Shown one piece after another: positions 19,038-28,489 of a stretch of 64,000 nt of DNA. This DNA comes from Collinsella sp. (GTDB lineage: Bacteria; Actinomycetota; Coriobacteriia; Coriobacteriales; Coriobacteriaceae), in the NCBI GenBank assembly GCA_048387515.1, contig DBFMRS010000183.1:16314-80313 (forward strand), given 5' to 3'. The position numbers and the translations under genes were made by a program. The notes beneath the pieces are model-generated. The model saw only the letters and a program-made list of their open reading frames with translations. It ran no database searches and was not told the DNA's origin. Positions within the stretch are counted from its first letter, which is position 1. Each line of letters begins with the position of its first letter.

Positions 19038-20015
19038 CTACTTTGCGTCGTAGGCCTCGGCGTCCCACCAGTCGAGCTGGGCGATGTTGTCGCGGATGTG
19101 CTGGCAGCTCTTGTGGAAGCCCTCGAGCTCGTACTCGGACAGGTCGAGCGTGTAGACCTCCTCGACGCCCTCGGCGCCGATCACGCACGGCAGGGACGTG
19201 AAGATGCCCTCTTCGCCATACTGGCCGGTCATAAGCGTAGAGGCCGAAAGCACAGCGTGCTCGTTGTGCAGAACGGCGGCGCAGACGCGTGCAGCGGAGT
19301 TGGCGACGGCATACTCGGTGCACTGCTTGCCCTGGTAGGTCACATAGCCGCCCTTGCGCGCGAGCTCCTCGACCTCCATGTGGTCAAAGGCGTACTTGTC
19401 AGGGTTCTCGACCTGAAGCTCGTTGAGACTCTTGCCGGCGATGGTCGCGGCCTTAAAGGCAGCCAGCTGGCTAAAGCCGTGCTCGCCGATCATGTAGGCG
19501 TCGATGGACTTGGGGCTCACGCCGACCTTCTTGGAGATCTCGGTGCGCAGGCGGGCGGAGTCCAGGCCGCAGCCCGAGCCGATGATCTTCTTGGGATCGT
19601 AGCCGGTCAGGTGCCACAGCTCGGTGCACACGACGTCGCAGGGGTTGGAGATGCTCACGAAGATGCCGTCAAAGCCGGCGTCGACGATGCGCTTGGCAAA
19701 GGTGCGGGCGGCGTCGGTGGTAAAGAACAGCTCGCCGTCGCGGTTGCCAGCTGCCAGCGCGACCTTACCGGCGGCGTTGACGATGACGTCGCAGCAGGCC
19801 AGCTCCTCGTAGCGGTCGTAGCAGTTGACGATCTTGGTGTTATACGGGACAAACGAAAGGGAGTCGCGCAGGTCCTGGACCTCGGACGTCACCTTGGCCT
19901 CGTTGATATCGCACAGGTACAGCTCGTCGGCAATGCCCTGCATAAGCAGGCTGTTGGCAACATGTGCTCCTACGTGGCCCTGGCCGACCACACCGATCTT
20001 ACGCGTCTGGTACAT
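19038..20015 (-). CDS. L-lactate/L-2-hydroxyacid dehydrogenase family protein
   Basis: GVVGQGHVG, ISNPCD, LDSARL, IGEHGFSQ. Confidence 0.88.
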   Translation of the reverse strand: MYQTRKIGVVGQGHVGAHVANSLLMQGIADELYLCDINEAKVTSEVQDLRDSLSFVPYNTKIVNCYDRYEELACCDVIVNAAGKVALAAGNRDGELFFTTDAARTFAKRIVDAGFDGIFVSISNPCDVVCTELWHLTGYDPKKIIGSGCGLDSARLRTEISKKVGVSPKSIDAYMIGEHGFSQLAAFKAATIAGKSLNELQVENPDKYAFDHMEVEELARKGGYVTYQGKQCTEYAVANSAARVCAAVLHNEHAVLSASTLMTGQYGEEGIFTSLPCVIGAEGVEEVYTLDLSEYELEGFHKSCQHIRDNIAQLDWWDAEAYDAK

Positions 20016-20226
20016 ATGAGTATCCTTTCGGCCGAGTTTTTCGCGTCGAACCATTGTAGCGTCCTGCTGCTACTTTGCTAGGCTAAAGCGCCGTAGATTT
20101 TTGAGACATGCCTTAATCTCTACTTTTGGAGTGATTTGGACCGCTGACGGCATCGCTGAGCGATGTGCTCGCGCGGATGGGGCCGCTCGTTGTACCATAG
20201 CTGCAACTGATTCGTAAGGAGCATCC

Positions 20227-21153
20227 ATGCCCATTCGCATCCCCGACGCCCTCCCTGCCGCCGCGCAGCTCGAGAGCGAGAACATCTTTGTCATGACCGA
20301 GTACCGCGCGCTGCACCAGGACATCCGTCCGCTGCGCGTGCTCATCCTCAACCTCATGCCCACCAAAATCGCCACCGAGACGCAGATCATGCGCAAGCTC
20401 TCCAACACGCCGCTGCAGGTGGAGGTGGACCTGCTGCGCACCAAGACGCACGAGGCCACGCACGTGAGCGCCGGTCACCTGGAGACGTTCTACCGCACGT
20501 TCGACGACATCCGCGACATCCACTACGACGGTCTGATCATCACGGGCGCGCCGGTGGAGCAGATGCCGTTCGAGGAGGTCGACTACTGGCCCGAACTCTG
20601 CCAGATCATGGATTGGTCCACCACGCACGTGCACTCCACGCTGCACATTTGTTGGGGCGCGCAGGCCGGTCTGTACCATCATTACGGTATCCAGAAGTAC
20701 GACCTGCCGGCAAAGGCGAGCGGCGTGTTCGAGCATTATCTGGTGAAGCCGCAAAGCCCGCTGGTCCGTGGCTTTGACGACCGTTTCTATGCCGTGCATT
20801 CGCGCAACACCGATGTGCGTCGCGAGGACGTGGAGGCCGAGCCGCAGCTTGAGGTCGTGGCTGTGTCCGACGAGGTGGGCCTGTACATCGTCAAGTCGAC
20901 CGACAGCCGCCGCTTCTTTGTCTTTGGGCACCCCGAGTACGATACCGACACGCTGCGCTTGGAGTACGAGCGCGACGTGAAACGCGGGCTCAACCCTCAG
21001 GTGCCGGCGCATTACTTCCCGGGCGACGACCCCACCGCCGAGCCGCGCAACGTCTGGCGCAGTCAGGCTCAGCTGTTCTACACCAACTGGCTCAACTACT
21101 ACGTCTACCAGACCACGCCCTACGACCTAGCCCGCGCCGGCGAGGAGCACTAG
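20227..21153 (+). CDS. metA: Homoserine O-acyltransferase MetA (probably acetyltransferase: Glu in GAPVE)
   Basis: [36 protein letters not shown]. Confidence 0.95.
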   Translation: MPIRIPDALPAAAQLESENIFVMTEYRALHQDIRPLRVLILNLMPTKIATETQIMRKLSNTPLQVEVDLLRTKTHEATHVSAGHLETFYRTFDDIRDIHYDGLIITGAPVEQMPFEEVDYWPELCQIMDWSTTHVHSTLHICWGAQAGLYHHYGIQKYDLPAKASGVFEHYLVKPQSPLVRGFDDRFYAVHSRNTDVRREDVEAEPQLEVVAVSDEVGLYIVKSTDSRRFFVFGHPEYDTDTLRLEYERDVKRGLNPQVPAHYFPGDDPTAEPRNVWRSQAQLFYTNWLNYYVYQTTPYDLARAGEEH

Positions 21154-21195
21154 GCTGCGATGGTACCGCTGTAGCCGTGGCTGATGTGGCAGCGA

Positions 21196-21792
21196 TTAGG
21201 CGCTGATGATGTTGGGCAGCGGCAGGTCGTGGGCATCGGTGGGGACGTGGTTGATGCGTTGTTCGTCAAAGGCGATGCCGATGATTTGGCATGCGGATGA
21301 GAGCATGGGCAGGTAGCGGTCGTAGCAACCGCCGCCGTAGCCCAGGCGCGTGCCGGTTTGATCGAAGGCCACGAGCGGCACAACAGTCATGTCGAGTGCT
21401 TCGGCAGGCACGATGGGGAAGCGGTCACTGTCGATGTCCGTGGCCGCGAAGGCCCGCGCGGGGTGGGCGATAAACGGAGCCGCGGACGCATCGTCGGCGG
21501 CAACTGCTCGCATGCACATGCGCTGGCCACAAGCTGCGGCATCAATTGCCGAGAGCATGCACGGATAGGCCACGCGCCAGCCGCGCGCGGCGGCCGCAAC
21601 GGCAAACGCGGCAGGGTCTGCCTCGGAACCCATCGCGGCATAGACGGCAACGGTGTGCGGCGCCGCGGCATCCAAGCGGCCCAGCAGCTCAACCAGCCGC
21701 GCACAGATATCAGCAGACTTCGCCGCCCGCAAGTCCAAATCAAGAGCATCGCGCCGAGCAATCACCGCCCGCCGCAACTCAGCCTTGTCCAT
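21196..21792 (-). CDS. 5-formyltetrahydrofolate cyclo-ligase
   Basis: KAELRR, VPLVAFD..G.RLGYGGGCYDRYL, HDLP. Confidence 0.9.
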   Translation of the reverse strand: MDKAELRRAVIARRDALDLDLRAAKSADICARLVELLGRLDAAAPHTVAVYAAMGSEADPAAFAVAAAARGWRVAYPCMLSAIDAAACGQRMCMRAVAADDASAAPFIAHPARAFAATDIDSDRFPIVPAEALDMTVVPLVAFDQTGTRLGYGGGCYDRYLPMLSSACQIIGIAFDEQRINHVPTDAHDLPLPNIISA

Positions 21793-21810
21793 CCCAACCT
21801 CCTCTAGCAA

Positions 21811-21854
21811 ACCTGCCAAAAAGTGACAGGCTCATTTTGGCAGGTTTTATCTGG
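21811..21854 (-). repeat. 44-bp REP-like palindromic element, copy 2
   Basis: Matches 11792-11835 in inverted orientation. Confidence 0.8.
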
Positions 21855-21860
21855 GCAAAC

Positions 21861-21901
21861 GTCGAAGCCGCCACAAAGGCGCCCTGTGTGGCGGCTTCGA
21901 C
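21861..21901 (-). terminator. Hairpin downstream of hicB
   Basis: gtcgaagccgccaca / tgtggcggcttcgac. Confidence 0.65.
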
Positions 21902-21913
21902 TCGACGTTGGCT

Positions 21914-22243
21914 TCACAGCGCCGCAGCGATCGCTTCAGTCACAAACTTATTGAGTGACTCACCCTTCTTTGCCGCTGCCAGCGCTGCTTGCTTGTGGAG
22001 CTCAGAGCCCGTTCTTACGTTGAACGAGCCCTTAAAAGCCCGCTCGGGTTCCTTGCCCTTCTCGGCGCAAAACTCAAGGTAATCGTCGACGGCGTCGTGG
22101 AAGCATTGCTCCACTTCTTCAGCCGTGGAGCCTTCAAATACGATTGCGTCCCTAATGCCGGCGACCATACCTGTTAGCACACGCTGTTCGGCATCGAACT
22201 CGACCGGGGCGAAATAACCCTTGTATGCCAAAACGTTACTCAT
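21914..22243 (-). CDS. hicB: Type II TA antitoxin HicB
   Basis: YKGY..V.FD, F.G....E...F..AVDDYL, FKGSFNVR...LH, SLN RHH tail. Confidence 0.92.
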   Translation of the reverse strand: MSNVLAYKGYFAPVEFDAEQRVLTGMVAGIRDAIVFEGSTAEEVEQCFHDAVDDYLEFCAEKGKEPERAFKGSFNVRTGSELHKQAALAAAKKGESLNKFVTEAIAAAL

Positions 22244-22499
22244 GACTACCTCCGACATCTTGCAGAAAGCGAACGATGTTTCGAATGGTCCCCGCTGTCA
22301 ATTCGTCAGATGGATGAGGCGCGTGCATTACGAACATCCTGCCATCTGATGGCCTGTAGAAGCGAACGCGCGATCCGGATGTCTTGCCTTTGCTGTCCAT
22401 TTCAAAGCCATATGAAGCCATAACTTTAAGAAAGTCAGCAAATCTATACGTTGAAGGACAGCTAAGCAGCTGGGCGATGAGTTTATCGGATCGAGTCAT
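22236..22499 (-). CDS. hicA: Type II TA toxin HicA
   Basis: GKTSGSRVRF, H.PHP; overlaps the hicB start. Confidence 0.9.
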   Translation of the reverse strand: MTRSDKLIAQLLSCPSTYRFADFLKVMASYGFEMDSKGKTSGSRVRFYRPSDGRMFVMHAPHPSDELTAGTIRNIVRFLQDVGGSHE

Positions 22500-22513
22500 C
22501 CCGCCTCACATTC

Positions 22514-22578
22514 TGCAACTATATTCTAGTTGCAATTTCAGTTCGATGCAAGCACCTCTACTATAGAACAAGTGTTCG
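22514..22578. promoter_or_regulatory. hicAB promoter: palindromic operator plus LexA (Cheo)-like box
   Basis: tgcaacta-N5-tagttgca (22514-22534); aGAAC-aagt-GTTCg (22565-22578). Confidence 0.6.
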
Positions 22579-22640
22579 AATCGCCACTGAGAAAGGGGAC
22601 AGGCACCTTTGTGGTGGTCTGTGCTGTGGAGTGGGCGTCT

Positions 22641-22798
22641 GCGGCGGTTTGTCTCAATCTGTAACAGTAACTCGGCAAAATTGGACCTAGTTGTTACAGA
22701 TTTAGACAAAGAGCTGGTGCCGTTTGGGAACGTCTCGATCTGTAACATCTGGAGCCGATATTGCCGTCTAGATGTTACAGATCGAGACAAACCGCCGC
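22641..22798. mobile_element. MITE/REPIN-like element with 26-bp terminal inverted repeats and an internal arm pair
   Basis: gcggcggtttgtctc(a/g)atctgtaaca at both ends (25/26 identity); four copies of the core motif; no ORF support. Confidence 0.6.
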
Positions 22799-22877
22799 GG
22801 TGGGCTGCGCCGCCCCGCTCAGGCCGCAGAAAAAAGGTAGATTTTCGGGCATGTCCCAAAAATCTACCTTTAGTGCC

Positions 22878-25800
22878 TTAGCCCAGCGGGTCGATGACGT
22901 TGAAGCCGGCGTTGCTCTTGGCGATGACGTCGCGGCCGCCAAAGACGCAGGTGGGTGACTCGGCTGCGATGCGCGTTACGTCGGCGCCGAGCGAGCGAAG
23001 CTCACCGGGCGTGGCGGCGAGCATCTGGGCGCGGCGCTCCTCGCGCGCATGCGGATCGAGCCCGGCCAGGTAGGTCGTGTTGCGGCGCTTGGTGAGCGCG
23101 TACGGCTTCACCGGCGCGTCCATGCCGCTCACGCAGCTCACGATAAAGCCCTCAAAGGCGGCCTCGTCGGGATCAAAGCTGCCGAGCCATTCGCCCGCGC
23201 GCGCCACGCGCTCAATCGAGGGGTCGATTGCCGGGTCGCGGTAGGTGTAGAACGCCGCCTGACGCTCGCCGGCCGCGCGGAATCCGCAGCCGTACGCGCC
23301 GCCCTTAACGCGGATCTCGTTCCACAGATAGTCGTAGGAGAGCGCGTTGGCGGCAACCGCCCAGGCGCCCGTCACGTCGATGCCCAAGCGACGCGGGTCG
23401 CACGCGCTTGCCGCAAAACAGATGTCGCTGGGGATGACAAAGGCCTCGTGGCGGTCGCACGGCGTCGGCACCACGAGCGCGTTGCGGCCGGCATCGGCGC
23501 CGTCGCCAGCGCCCAGCTCCAGGTCGCCCGCGGCGGCCCAGTATGCGTCAAAGTCCTCGTCGCTGCCGGTAAAGCTCGCCAGGCAGCCATCGGCCACAAA
23601 GATGCGGCCTGCCAGCTCGGCAAGCTTGGTACGCAACCCGTTCACGCGCTCGTCAAAGTGGTCGAGCAGGTCGCGCAGGAACAGATAGAAGTCCACGCCC
23701 GAAAGCTGCTCGCGCACCACGGCCGAAGGCGAGCTGTAGCTCATCGCGCGACCGAGCGCCGCCGAGTGGCCGTTGTTGATAAAGCCCTGCTCAAGCCCAA
23801 TGCGAATCTGTGTGAGCACGTCGCGCACGCGGTCGGCGTCGGCATCTGCCAAAAGCGTGCTCGACCATACCTCGCGCGGCAGACTCGCCAGCGCATCGAT
23901 CTTCTCGGACAGGGCGCCGGCGCTCACCAGCAGGTAGGGGCGCACGCCGTCCACTTCGGGCTGCGTCATGACCTCGGTCGTAAAGCTCAAAAAGCCGAGC
24001 TTGCCAGCGAGCAAGTTGTCGAGTTCCTCGGCCGAGTGCTCGCGCGTGGGCAGCTGCTTAAGCAGGCGGCAGAGCAGTGTCACATAGGGCAGGTCCTCAA
24101 ACGCGACGCAGTTCAGGTCGAAATACTGCATGGCGTAGGCCAGACGGTTGGTGGGGATGCCGTGGCGCAGGCAGGGGATGGGCACGGTCGTGTCCACGAT
24201 CAGTGGCGGCTCGGGGCGCGCCTCGCCAATGTCGGACACGCGCAGGCGCGGCAGCGTGGCCTTGGCCTCGGGTGTGTCTTCCGCCTCCTGCGCGGCACGC
24301 AGCGCGGCCGTGCGCTCGACCACGTCGGCCAGCTCGGCATCAGTCATGGCATCGCGCTTGGCTGCCAGCTCGGCGACCTCGGCACCCTCCGCGCCCTCGG
24401 CGGCGTCCACCGGCGCCAGCTCGACGAGCGCCATATGGTCGTTTTCCAGCACCAGCTCGCGCAGCAGGTCCTCAAAATAGCTGCCGTCCAGCTCGCCACG
24501 CAGCTCCTCGTACACCGGGCCGTACTTGAGCGCCAACGTCGCGGCGTCGTCATCGTAGAGCCAGGTGCTCAGCGCGTCGCACGCAATGGCCACGCCGTCG
24601 GCGATACCGTAGTCGCGCTGGCGCAGGTCGTATTCGTTGCTGCTGATGATGGCCTCCAGGCGCTCGCGCGGAACGCCGTGCTCGCACAGGTCGCGGCAGA
24701 CGTCCTGGAACACGCGGCGCAGCTCGCGCGCCACGCCGGGCTGCGCGTTTTGCAGCATGATGAGCTCGTAGGGCTGCAGACTCTCGGCCGCGGTGTAGCT
24801 CACCACGTTGCCGCCCAAGCCAGCGGCCAGAATGGCCTTCTTAACCGGCGCTTCGTTGGAGCCCAGCAACGCCTCGAACAGAATGTCCGCCGCGATCGTG
24901 CGCTTGCGGTCGAGTGCGCTGCCCAGCACCAGGCCCAGGCCCACCAGGGCGTTCTCAGGCGTGGTGGCCATCTCGACGCGCTTATACTCGCAGGTCACAG
25001 GCGCCTGCACGTCCAGCGGATTGGGCGCCAGCGCGGACGGGTCCTCGCCGGCGGCAACGGCGGCGTCCATGCGGCGGCTCGCGGCGCTCGGCTGCGACAG
25101 ATAGCGCTCGTCCAAAAAGGCCAGCGCGCGGTCCACGTCCAGGTCGCCGTAGAGCGTGATGTAGGAGTTGGAGGGGTTGTAGTGGCGCGCATGCGTGTCC
25201 AGGAAATGCTCGTAGGTGAGCGTGGGAATCGCGCGCGGGTCGCCGCCGCTCTCGTGCGCATAGGCGGTGTCGGGATAGAGCGCGGCGTTGACGGCGTCGT
25301 CCAGCACGCTCATGGGGTCGGACAGTGCGCCCTTCATCTCGTTGAACACCACGCCGTTATAACGCAGCGTGCCCTCGTGCAGGCTCGCGGCGCTGCTGTC
25401 GCCGTCGCCCTCCGGCAGGTCCAGTTCGTAGTGCCAGCCCTCCTGCTCAAAAATGGTGGGCTTGGTATAGATGGCCGGGTTGAACACCGCGTCCAGGTAC
25501 ACGTCCATCAGGTTGTACAGATCCTGCTCGTTGGTGGTGGCAACGGGGTAGATGGTCTTGTCGGGGTAGGTCATGGCGTTGAGGAACGTCTGCATGGAGC
25601 TCTTGATCAGGTCGACAAACGGCTCCTTGACGGGAAACTTGGCCGATCCGCACAGCACCGAGTGCTCAAGAATATGGAACACGCCGGTGGAATCGGCCGG
25701 CGGCGTCTTAAAGCCAATGGCAAATGCCTTGTTTTCGTCGTCGCACGCCAGGTACAGCAGACGAGTGCCCGAGGCAGTGTGTCGCAGCACGTAAGCGTCC

Positions 25801-25913
25801 GAGTCGAGCTCGGGCACGGTCTCGCGGCGCTCGACGGCAAAGCCGTGGCAGGTAGTGCCGGGCACCAGCAGTGCAGCGGCTGCGGCGCGCGGGTCGGTTG
25901 AGGTGGTGGGCAT
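22878..25913 (-). CDS. Insulinase-family (M16C/PreP-like) metallopeptidase
   Basis: HILEHSVLCGS, FLNAMTYPDKT, GVVFNEMKG, IRVKGGAYG, YRDP; ATG 25913 after aaggag. Confidence 0.95.
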   Translation of the reverse strand: MPTTSTDPRAAAAALLVPGTTCHGFAVERRETVPELDSDAYVLRHTASGTRLLYLACDDENKAFAIGFKTPPADSTGVFHILEHSVLCGSAKFPVKEPFVDLIKSSMQTFLNAMTYPDKTIYPVATTNEQDLYNLMDVYLDAVFNPAIYTKPTIFEQEGWHYELDLPEGDGDSSAASLHEGTLRYNGVVFNEMKGALSDPMSVLDDAVNAALYPDTAYAHESGGDPRAIPTLTYEHFLDTHARHYNPSNSYITLYGDLDVDRALAFLDERYLSQPSAASRRMDAAVAAGEDPSALAPNPLDVQAPVTCEYKRVEMATTPENALVGLGLVLGSALDRKRTIAADILFEALLGSNEAPVKKAILAAGLGGNVVSYTAAESLQPYELIMLQNAQPGVARELRRVFQDVCRDLCEHGVPRERLEAIISSNEYDLRQRDYGIADGVAIACDALSTWLYDDDAATLALKYGPVYEELRGELDGSYFEDLLRELVLENDHMALVELAPVDAAEGAEGAEVAELAAKRDAMTDAELADVVERTAALRAAQEAEDTPEAKATLPRLRVSDIGEARPEPPLIVDTTVPIPCLRHGIPTNRLAYAMQYFDLNCVAFEDLPYVTLLCRLLKQLPTREHSAEELDNLLAGKLGFLSFTTEVMTQPEVDGVRPYLLVSAGALSEKIDALASLPREVWSSTLLADADADRVRDVLTQIRIGLEQGFINNGHSAALGRAMSYSSPSAVVREQLSGVDFYLFLRDLLDHFDERVNGLRTKLAELAGRIFVADGCLASFTGSDEDFDAYWAAAGDLELGAGDGADAGRNALVVPTPCDRHEAFVIPSDICFAASACDPRRLGIDVTGAWAVAANALSYDYLWNEIRVKGGAYGCGFRAAGERQAAFYTYRDPAIDPSIERVARAGEWLGSFDPDEAAFEGFIVSCVSGMDAPVKPYALTKRRNTTYLAGLDPHAREERRAQMLAATPGELRSLGADVTRIAAESPTCVFGGRDVIAKSNAGFNVIDPLG

Positions 25914-26121
25914 ATGCAGTCTCCTTTGACGCCCCAGCGGGGGCGAATCGAGTCGAATCCTCGAGAGTATACCCATATGGGGCCGCGACCCTGCGGCGAA
26001 CTGGAGACGATGCCAGCGGATTGGGCGAAGGGCTCGCGTGCCCGCCGCACGAGCGTGGAAAATTGGACACTCGCCAAACGAGAGTGGATATTCGGAAATC
26101 CTCGCTCGTCCATCACTCGCG

Positions 26122-26367
26122 TATCTCTCGTCTCTCATTCGTCTCTAATATGAAAGATGACAGGAAGATGAGAGAAAAATATGAGAGATAACTGAGCAGC
26201 AAAGAGACAGGCAATCATGGTATTGTCTCAATACCGATTGTTCTACCAGCAAAAATATGTATAAATGAAGCAAATGGTAGACATTCCATCTCTATCTATC
26301 TCTCTATCTCTAAGCCGAGAGATAGAGAGATAGATGAGAGATAATTACGAGAGATAACTGAGAGACG
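26122..26367. repeat. GAGAGATA direct/inverted repeat array with an 18-bp perfect palindrome
   Basis: At least 5 GAGAGATA and 2 TATCTCTC copies; IR 26294-26311 / 26318-26335. Confidence 0.75.
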
Positions 26368-26419
26368 AGGGAAATCTATCCGTGGCATTCTCCGCAGGAC
26401 CGAGCGAAAGGACGTGCAG

Positions 26420-27886
26420 ATGAACGAAAACGAGCTGACCGGTCTGCTTGAGTCTTTAAGGCGTATGGGCTCGGATGATCTTAACGTCGAAGTGAAGGAG
26501 AGCGCCACGACGCTTTCCCGCGACGTGTGGGAAACGGTGAGCGCATTCGCGAACACTGCCGGCGGAATCATCGTGCTCGGAGTGAGTGAGCGCGCAGGTT
26601 TTGTCCCGGTTGAGAACTTCGAGACCGAGAAAGTGCTCAACCAATTTGTGTCAGGCATGGGTGATGCGGGCGGTCGAGGAAAGCTGGCCAATCCGCCTAA
26701 ATACACGATCGAGCGAGTGGAGCTTCAGGGCGTCATCGTTCTCGTCATTACGATTGAGGAGCTCGATCCGTCGAGCAAGCCCTGCTATGTCATAGAGCGG
26801 GGCGCCCAGGGCGGCAGCTACAAGCGCATCGATGACAAAGATGTGCCGCTTTCATCGACCGAGGTGCTCGCATTGGCGTCATGCGGTCGAGCGACTCCGA
26901 GCGATCGCGACGCGGTGGCGGGTGCGGGCGCGGACGATCTCGACGAGACGCTGGTCGACCGTACGATAGATCGGGCTTTCTCGTTGACGCCCCGGGCAAT
27001 GCGCGGCGCGCCGGACAAACAAACGAAGCTGGAGCGCCTAAATATCCTTGATTCCCAGGGCAATGTCACCAAGGCTGGACTCCTAGTTGTGGGCACCTAC
27101 CCTCAGCAGTTCTATCCCAAGCTCTTCATTGACGTGGCTGTCCATGCGGGAACTCAGAAGGGCATGGCGGGGTCGCTGAGATTCATGGACCGCACAATCT
27201 GTGAGGGAACGTTGGGCGAGATGATCTCGGATGCCGTCGCAGCCGTCGCCAAGAATTTGCGGCGAACCTCGACCGTCCAAGGCGTCTCGCGTGTCGACTC
27301 GCTTGAGATTCCCGAGGAGGTTCTGCGCGAGGCAATCGCCAACGCCGTAATCCATCGAGAATACGGGGATCGGTTCTGTGGACAATCGATTGCCGTCGAC
27401 GTCTTTGACGATCGTGTCGAGGTGACGAATCCTGGCGGCCTTTACGGGGGAAAGACTCGCGAGAACTTGTTTGACGGCAGCTCCCGATGCCGTAACGCGA
27501 CGCTTGTGAAGCTCATGTCGATTGTCCCGCTGCCGGATGGCGCAGGTTCGCCGGCTGAGGGCAATGGCTCGGGCATCCCGATGATGATCGATGCCATGCG
27601 CGCGCATGGTCTGGCCGAGCCCCTGTTCTGCCCGGGATTCGATCGGTTCAAGGTCGTACTTTACCGTTCAAAGATCGAGCCGGTCGATCATGGCGGGGGC
27701 TTAATTGTGACGGCACTCAAACACTACGGCGAGCTGGGGACGCGCGAGCTGGTAGAGCACACAGGACTCACAATTTCCCAGGTTAGGTCGCGCGTCAACG
27801 CGCTCATTGCTCAAGGCGAGCTTGAGCCCACGGCGCCGGCGACGAGCCGCAACCGCAAGTATCGACTGTCGGAGCGCGTGGGATAG
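26420..27886 (+). CDS. AlbA_2 (Schlafen-like) + HATPase_c_4 (RecG C-terminal-like) + wHTH protein
   Basis: VEVKE..SAFANTAGGIIVLGV, REAIANAVIHREY, DRVEVTNPGGL, SRCRN, EG.GSGI, C-terminal HTH. Confidence 0.88.
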   Translation: MNENELTGLLESLRRMGSDDLNVEVKESATTLSRDVWETVSAFANTAGGIIVLGVSERAGFVPVENFETEKVLNQFVSGMGDAGGRGKLANPPKYTIERVELQGVIVLVITIEELDPSSKPCYVIERGAQGGSYKRIDDKDVPLSSTEVLALASCGRATPSDRDAVAGAGADDLDETLVDRTIDRAFSLTPRAMRGAPDKQTKLERLNILDSQGNVTKAGLLVVGTYPQQFYPKLFIDVAVHAGTQKGMAGSLRFMDRTICEGTLGEMISDAVAAVAKNLRRTSTVQGVSRVDSLEIPEEVLREAIANAVIHREYGDRFCGQSIAVDVFDDRVEVTNPGGLYGGKTRENLFDGSSRCRNATLVKLMSIVPLPDGAGSPAEGNGSGIPMMIDAMRAHGLAEPLFCPGFDRFKVVLYRSKIEPVDHGGGLIVTALKHYGELGTRELVEHTGLTISQVRSRVNALIAQGELEPTAPATSRNRKYRLSERVG

Positions 27887-27986
27887 ATGCGTTAGTGGAC
27901 GAGGCGACCCAATAATCGACCCTCGATTGGCGTCCATTAAGGTAAAGCGGTTGTTGCCCAGTCGACGGTGATGCTAAAGGCTCGGC

Positions 27987-28478
27987 TTACGCCGGCATGG
28001 CCCCGAACCCGTCTATCAAGAACAGCCTAAGAACCAGCTTGATGACATTTCCCGGTTTGACTTCAGCCGTGCCAAAAACGCTGCGCTCGGCGAGCTCGCT
28101 GCAGTATGCGTAGATATCGCGGATGAGTTCCGCGCCCGAAAGCGTAAACATGTAGCCTGCGTCCGAAAGCGCATTGGGCGCGGCGGGCAACTTGGCCATG
28201 TGGCAAAAGGTCAACAGGTCGGGTGCCATAGCGTCCTGGTAGCCAAGATGGCTGCCGTCTTCTTGTGCGGCGAGTTCCAGCTGGCGTACTCGATCCAGCG
28301 CCACTGCCAGCACAAAGCTCGGCGTAGGCGCATTGACGTCCTGAGTGGTCGCCACAAGCCTGCCTGCTGCCTGCGTGACAAGCCAGGCGACCTCGCGCTG
28401 GCAACGCACGGCCTTGCGCGTCACCGGCTTGATGGACGAAGAAGAAACGCTCCCCTTAGGCGGATTCGAAGCAGCCAT
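27987..28478 (-). CDS. Hypothetical protein
   Basis: 163-aa ORF with SD gggagg before ATG 28478. Confidence 0.65.
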   Translation of the reverse strand: MAASNPPKGSVSSSSIKPVTRKAVRCQREVAWLVTQAAGRLVATTQDVNAPTPSFVLAVALDRVRQLELAAQEDGSHLGYQDAMAPDLLTFCHMAKLPAAPNALSDAGYMFTLSGAELIRDIYAYCSELAERSVFGTAEVKPGNVIKLVLRLFLIDGFGAMPA

Positions 28479-28489
28479 AAGACCCTCCC

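Noticed and set aside
22641..22798. Possible mini CRISPR array
   Set aside because: The repeats alternate in orientation rather than being direct, and there are no cas genes in the window
23049..25901. 950-aa + strand ORF, and similar long antisense ORFs such as 39085-41778, 46742-48517 and 48789-50645
   Set aside because: Shadow ORFs opposite well-supported genes; typical of high-GC codon bias, with no recognisable motifs
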